A DNA stretch of 21,588 nt. Source: Deltaproteobacteria bacterium (GTDB lineage Bacteria; Myxococcota_A; UBA9160; SMWR01). The stretch is taken from contig JAQBGU010000059.1 in assembly GCA_032128375.1 (NCBI GenBank), positions 1 to 21,588 on the forward strand, written 5' to 3'. The notes beneath the pieces were generated by a model. It did not search any database. It was not told the origin of the DNA and saw only the letters and a list, made by a program, of their open reading frames with translations. Both the position numbers and the translations under genes were made by a program. Positions 17,701 through 21,588 of this stretch are shown here, piece by piece (position 1 is the first letter of the stretch; every line of letters starts with the position of its first letter).

Positions 17701-20700
17701 TCGTCGCTGCTCAAGCAACCCGAGCCTGGGTCGCAGCTATCGATAGTACAGGCGTTTTCGTCGTCGCAGATCAGCAGGGTGCCAGGTTGACAGGTGCCGG
17801 CCGAGCAGACTTCTTCGCCGTTGCACGCATCAGCGTCGTCGCAGTCCGAGTCCAGCACACACTGGCCGCGACCGGCCATGACCTCCAGTACCTGGGCGCG
17901 GTCGAGGCCAACCGCATAGACGCGAACGTCGTCAATGCGGCCGTGGAACGGTCCATAGCCATCGGGGTTCCGGCCTACATGCGTAACGAGCGCGACATCA
18001 CCGACATCACCGGTCATGCCCATCGAGCCGACGTCAGAGCCGTCCTGGTAGAGCCGCAGCATCGCTCCGTCATAACTGAGTGCCACATGCGTCCACTGGC
18101 CCGCCTCGACGGGCGCGTTGCCGATCAGTGTCTTTGTGGTGCCACCCGTGCGCAGTCTCAAGCGCAGTCGGATCTCCCCTCCATTGGAGATCGTCGAGAC
18201 CATGAAATCGTGGTCGGATTCCTGGGTACCCGTCGAATTCGAGATGACGCGCGCATCCGTTGCGCCGAAGCTCTCTGCGTTGAGCCATGCCGTCACACTC
18301 AGCTCTGATGATGCCGAGGAGAGGCTCGACACGTCCAGATAGTCGTCAATACCGTCAAAGAAGAGCGCGCCAGCTAGCTGCCCGGACGTCCAGGTCGCCC
18401 CCGAGGTCGTACCGTGGTGACCGTTGCCACTCACATCGGCGGCCGTCGTTCCGGTACCCTCGTCGAAGGGCCAGTGCGCCAGCAGGTTGCCCGGAGGTGT
18501 CGCTGGGCATCGGCAACCGGAGCACTCAGCAGGGCAGGCGGCGTCGTCAGATGGTTCGCACTGCTCACCTGCGACTGCATTCACGAAGGCATCGCCACAG
18601 AGCGATGGCGTACAATCCGGATCGCAAGCGGCGGAAATGCCACCGTCATCGCAGCTCTCCGCGGATTGCGTGTTGAGGTAGCCATCCCCGCAGGACGCAA
18701 GCGTACAGTCCGCATCGCAGAGCGCAGAATCGCCGTTGTCGTCGCATTCCTCGGGGCCTTCGGCCGCGCCATTGCCGCACACGCTGACTGGGGGCGCGCC
18801 ACCCAGTGCTCTGTTCTCGTAGAGTACGATGTCGTTGCTTCCCCATCCGGTCGATACGATGTCGAGGTCGCCATCCAAATCGATGTCGACGAGCTGTGCG
18901 CCGTCGTGATGCTCGTCCCCGACGTACACCGTGTGCGAGAGCCACGCGTCCCCGCTGTTGTCGGCATTCTCGAAGACGAACAGCGCGGCACTGGATGGAC
19001 TCGAAAGGTTGTGCTCTCCCACAACGACATCGAAGTCGCCGTCAGCGTCGACATCTCCCACGTCGAGGCTCATGGGGCCGATGACGTTGGCGATCAGGTG
19101 CTCGGTCCACGGATCGGTCGCGATCAGGGGTTGCTCGTACCAGGCGACTACACCGACGGTGCTGATGGCCTCATAGCCGACGACCGCATCGATCCGGCCG
19201 TCGCCGTTGATGTCCGCGAGTCGGTTGCGGTCGGGTTTGTCGTTGGTCTCGAACAGCGTGTGCTCGACCCAACCCGCAGTGGTGTTGCGCAACCAGATGG
19301 TTCCCAGCAACAGGTCGACCCTGCCGTCGCGGTCGATGTCGGATGCAGAGATCTGTTCGTCCTGAGAGCTGCCGGAGATCAATTCCCACTGCCACGTCCC
19401 CGTGATCGGGTCCGCCGGCACAGACAGCATCTGCAGGCCTGCGCCCTCAACGTGCCACGAGAGGGCGGCCTGCAGCGAGCCACCGGTGAAGCGGTCGATA
19501 GCCACTCCTTGCAGGAAATCGCCTTCACCGGAGATGACATTCTCGACGACCGTGAAGTTCCCCGCCCCATCGTTGCTCGCGTAGGAGAAGTCCGCGTTGG
19601 GGTTCGAGCCGAGTCCCGCAGTCCCGAGCGCGTCCAGCGTCTCGTTGCCGTCGAAATCGGCCAGGGCGGCCAGGTTGTTGAGCGATGCCCCGAGTTCGTT
19701 GCGCTGCCAGTTTGACCCGGACGTTCCCGGGTTGCGGTACCACCAACCCCCTGCCACTACGTCGGGGAGACCGTCGCCACTGACGTCACCACTCGTGACG
19801 AAGATCGCCCGCGACGGCCGAGCGTCGTCGATCAGGTGGCGGCTCCATTGGTCGAGCGCGAGCGGTTGCCGAACCTGGTTGTTCCGCCATAACTTGACGG
19901 GGGCTCCATCGGGAGCGCCCTCGCTGTGATTGGCGCCGAAGAGATCGGGGTCACCGTCGCCATCGATGTCGCCCACCCTAATCGTATGCGACCCCTCGGC
20001 CGAGAGTAGTTGTGGTGTCCACGCGGCCCCATTGCCGTCATTGAAGTGAATTTTCACGTGGTCGGGATCGGCGCCCTGGTGCATCTGGGCAGTAGCCACA
20101 TCCAACCTGCCATCCAAATTGAAATCGCCGAGTTGTAGACCGTGCACGACGGATTCGACCGGATCTTGAATGACATGCGCTGCAAATTCACTATTTGGAT
20201 CGACCGGCGCCTCGAACCAGGTGAGGGTCGAAATCTGGCCGCTGGATTCGGCTGGGCTCAGCACGATGTCGAGACGGTTGTCGCTGTTGATGAGCCCGGT
20301 CGCAACAACGACATCCGCCTCTTGGTAACCCGTCGTGAAAATGTGCTCGGTCCACGGTCCACCGATGATGTCGCCGGTGTTCTCATACCAACGCCCGGAG
20401 ATGATCAGATCGAGATCGCCGTCGGCGTCCAAGTCGGCGACGCCGAGGCCCTCGCCGGTCGGGACCGTCAGCACGTTCGGGCTCCAATCATCGAGGCCAT
20501 CGCGTCGAAACAGCCGAATCAAATCGCCATCAGAGCCCTGATTGCGCTTGACTGCATCGATATCGCCGTCGCCATCGAGGTCGACCATGAAGATGTCGTG
20601 CCCGGTAGCCCCGTCGATGATGTGCTCGGTCCAGTCGAGCGTTGTGGCAGGTTGATCGGGTCGAGGGTTTTCGAACCAGCGCCCATTGGCGATTGCCACA

Positions 20701-21038
20701 TCGAGGTCGCCATCGAGGTCGATGTCGGCCACGTCGATTCCCGTGGTGCTGCCTCCGCTCCCTATCGACGCCGCGATCCTGTGCCGGGTCCAGTCCGGAT
20801 ACGCGTACCAGACCACCGGCCCGTCGCGACCGGCCACCACGAGGTCGATCTGCGCGTCTCCATCCAGGTCGCCGAGGTCCTTCATCCACGGATTGTTCGG
20901 AGGCGAGAGGTCGACGATTTCCTCGGCTACGGGAATCGCCTGAGAGAAACTCGCGGTTACGAGGCTCGAAGTGACGGCAACATTGAGCACACTGAGGAGC
21001 AGCAACCGGGCAGGGCGCCCGGACGGGTCAAACACCAT
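14703..21038 (-). CDS. Large cell-surface protein, ~2111 aa: signal peptide, two FG-GAP/VCBS repeat regions, myxobacterial Cys-rich repeats, three LamG domains, Cys-rich stalk, IPTL-CTERM-like anchor
   Basis: Uninterrupted 6.3-kb ORF. Signal-like MVFDPSGRPARLLLLSVLNVAVTSSLVTASFSQA; many DxDxDGxxD motifs; CGNG/CGDG..E.CDD repeats; three LLAHWPFDEG...WTHVALSYDG...IDDVR.Y domains; tail VPALP + hydrophobic helix + RLRSRVSRARS. Start set at ATG 21038 (AAGGGG upstream). Confidence 0.92.
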   Translation of the reverse strand: MVFDPSGRPARLLLLSVLNVAVTSSLVTASFSQAIPVAEEIVDLSPPNNPWMKDLGDLDGDAQIDLVVAGRDGPVVWYAYPDWTRHRIAASIGSGGSTTGIDVADIDLDGDLDVAIANGRWFENPRPDQPATTLDWTEHIIDGATGHDIFMVDLDGDGDIDAVKRNQGSDGDLIRLFRRDGLDDWSPNVLTVPTGEGLGVADLDADGDLDLIISGRWYENTGDIIGGPWTEHIFTTGYQEADVVVATGLINSDNRLDIVLSPAESSGQISTLTWFEAPVDPNSEFAAHVIQDPVESVVHGLQLGDFNLDGRLDVATAQMHQGADPDHVKIHFNDGNGAAWTPQLLSAEGSHTIRVGDIDGDGDPDLFGANHSEGAPDGAPVKLWRNNQVRQPLALDQWSRHLIDDARPSRAIFVTSGDVSGDGLPDVVAGGWWYRNPGTSGSNWQRNELGASLNNLAALADFDGNETLDALGTAGLGSNPNADFSYASNDGAGNFTVVENVISGEGDFLQGVAIDRFTGGSLQAALSWHVEGAGLQMLSVPADPITGTWQWELISGSSQDEQISASDIDRDGRVDLLLGTIWLRNTTAGWVEHTLFETNDKPDRNRLADINGDGRIDAVVGYEAISTVGVVAWYEQPLIATDPWTEHLIANVIGPMSLDVGDVDADGDFDVVVGEHNLSSPSSAALFVFENADNSGDAWLSHTVYVGDEHHDGAQLVDIDLDGDLDIVSTGWGSNDIVLYENRALGGAPPVSVCGNGAAEGPEECDDNGDSALCDADCTLASCGDGYLNTQSAESCDDGGISAACDPDCTPSLCGDAFVNAVAGEQCEPSDDAACPAECSGCRCPATPPGNLLAHWPFDEGTGTTAADVSGNGHHGTTSGATWTSGQLAGALFFDGIDDYLDVSSLSSASSELSVTAWLNAESFGATDARVISNSTGTQESDHDFMVSTISNGGEIRLRLRLRTGGTTKTLIGNAPVEAGQWTHVALSYDGAMLRLYQDGSDVGSMGMTGDVGDVALVTHVGRNPDGYGPFHGRIDDVRVYAVGLDRAQVLEVMAGRGQCVLDSDCDDADACNGEEVCSAGTCQPGTLLICDDENACTIDSCDPGSGCLSSDDTASCDDGNVCTDDSCDPGAGCIRTNNTAGCGDDNACNGDEICSAGSCQAGTPPVCDDGNACTDDSCDPGSGCLNTDNTASCGEGDACTGDAFCSAGVCQPGTLLTCDDGNVCTDDSCDPDSGCLNTDNTASCGDGDACNGDEVCSASICHLGAPLICNDGNICTDDGCDPGSGCFNTDNTAGCGDGNACNGDEVCAARSCQPGGSLVCDDGNVCTDDSCDPGSGCIGTDNSASCGDDDACNGDEVCSAGICQSGTPLVCDDGNVCTDDSCDPGSGCLNNDNTASCGDGDACNGDEVCAAGVCQPGTSLICDDNIQCTDDSCDPAAGCLVIDNGAGCDDGNLCTDDSCDTESGCVSSPNTGSCSDGDACNGDEVCAAGICQPGIPPIADDGVLCTLDSCDPVAGITHVPTNSLCDDQVFCNGNEVCDPINGCQSGVEPCLGRCSNDTDSCDEDLLAHWPFDEGSGTETADVSGNGHHAATSGLGWVAGQLGNALFFDGTDDYLDVSGVSSASPEFSVTAWFNAEGFGVADARLISKSSGQQEADHDFMVSTFSRAGEIRLRVRLRTGGTTHTLVGTAAVLARRWTHVALSYDGATLRLYQDGSVGASKAMTGAVGDLALHTHIGRNPDGYAPFHGSIDDVRIYAIGLSSAQVLNIIAGASECLLNSECGDGNACNGAEVCAAGLCQAGTSPNCDDDNVCTDDSCDPGTGCFSTNNTASCADRDLCNGDEICSAGICQPGTPLACNDGPLLAHWPFDEGAGTRAADVSGHGHHGSSSGTSWIAGQLGGALLFDGSDDYLDVSSISSASPELSVTAWFRAESFGVSDARLISNSTGTKNSDHDFMLSTVFRGGEIRLRVRLRTGGTTQTLIGTEPVTAGRWTHVALSYDGTMLRLYQDGSVVGSLAMTGPVGDEAPATYIGLNPDGYGPFHGAIDDVRVYRVGLDTAEVLGVMAAGGSMFQPLVAVPALPNRVGALALAFGLVALGYAAIRLRSRVSRARS
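14850..18485 (-). repeat. Three intragenic LamG/concanavalin A-like domain copies: 14850-15458, 15735-16343, 17877-18485
   Basis: Each copy spans 609 nt from the LLAHW codons to the final M/I. Shared DNA blocks include CTGAGTGCCACATG, TCCTGGTAGAGCC and CATGAA.TCGTGGTCGG. Confidence 0.9.
15470..17861 (-). repeat. Cys-rich tandem repeats (Dictyostelium-repeat-like): main block ~16352-17861, short block ~15470-15720
   Basis: Mostly alternating units A (CxDxxACNGxExCxxGxCxxG, 25 aa) and B (CDDGNxCTxDSCDPxxGC, 26 aa), giving a 153-bp period in the middle. I count 9 A and 10 B units in the main block. Confidence 0.92.
18500..18785 (-). repeat. Myxococcus cysteine-rich repeats (DUF4215-like), about 3 units
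   Basis: VCGNGAAEGPEECDDNG...CDADC / SCGDGYLN...ESCDDGG...CDPDC / LCGDAFVN..AGEQCE. Confidence 0.8.
18810..20910 (-). repeat. FG-GAP/VCBS repeats, probably forming two beta-propellers (~19885-20910 and ~18810-19850)
   Basis: Recurrent motifs GDLDGDAQIDLV, ADIDLDGDLDVA, VDLDGDGDIDAV, ADLDADGDLDLI, GDIDGDGDPDLF, GDVSGDGLPDVV, ADINGDGRIDAV and VDIDLDGDLDIV, with W..H.I linkers. Confidence 0.85.
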
Positions 21039-21588
21039 GAAGTGGCACCCCTTCTGTCCACTCTGGTTGGCACGCTTGGTGTGCCGTTTCGGATCGCGCG
21101 GAAGTGCGCCCCTCGGCACTCAACATCAAGAACTTGTAGGGATGATACATCAAGCCGACGATCCTGTGCGTCACCAAGCGTCCTCCAGCGACGGGAAATC
21201 GCAGTCTTCGGACACATGGAGGGCGGATTTCCGTCGAGATCGATGATTTCTCGGCGGTGCGCGACGACTCGGACCATGATTCCGAGCGCCAACACAGGCC
21301 GGCTCGACCATCCATCGCCGGAGCCCCGCGGTGGGTTCGATTGCTGCGACGCTATATGCGCTTCTTGGCAGCCGCCATTTGCTTTTCGTAGAGCGCGCAC
21401 TGGAAGGTCGGGCACCCCGAGTCGGCCGGAACCGCGAGCGGTACCGACACTAGAGTCCTTGACCAAGGTTTACGTTGACAAATGCGTCAAGTTTGGGTCG
21501 ATTCCGGATCGAGAGCAAACTTCTACGCTCCCTCGATCGAAGAATTCAAGAGGGTCGCTATCAGGGGGAATGGAACGGCTCTTGGACA

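Noticed and set aside
16352..17861. CRISPR-like periodic repeats
   Set aside because: The periodicity is in-frame protein repeats with third-position variation; there are no unique spacers or cas genes.
21040..21090. Sigma54 -24 boxes (two TGGCAC)
   Set aside because: Both lack the TTGC -12 element and point away from the large gene.
20957..21466. ORFs 20957..21466, 21028..21315 and the extension of the large ORF to 21119
   Set aside because: No protein-like features; the signal peptide and RBS favour ATG 21038 with non-coding sequence upstream.

Overview
GC-rich bacterial window mixing intact genes with many decayed ones. Bases 1-6600 hold a partial, probably secreted PHP/CehA-McbA-type metallohydrolase (absent from the ORF track), a GntR/FadR regulator, and a CoA-dependent catabolic cluster. 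In that cluster the acyl-CoA dehydrogenase, enoyl-CoA hydratase and amidohydrolase are pseudogenes, while a double-domain family III CoA-transferase is intact. An identical 15-bp near-palindrome (AACTAGTATCATAGT) lies in both promoter regions of the cluster and is a likely operator. Bases 7165-14470 hold a pRiA4b ORF-3 family gene, an unknown helical protein starting with a beta-clamp-like motif (QLALF), remnants of an SDR, an LLM (F420-type) oxidoreductase and a cytochrome P450, an intact alpha/beta hydrolase-PKD protein, and divergent VOC and GST genes separated by a possible mobile-element end. Bases 14703-21038 encode a ~2111-aa surface protein with FG-GAP repeats, myxobacterial Cys-rich repeats, three LamG domains and an IPTL-CTERM-like tail, suggesting a Myxococcota- or Binatota-like host (inference). 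I saw no rRNA, complete tRNA, CRISPR array, transposase or integrase. Family calls come from motif recognition by eye, not database searches.
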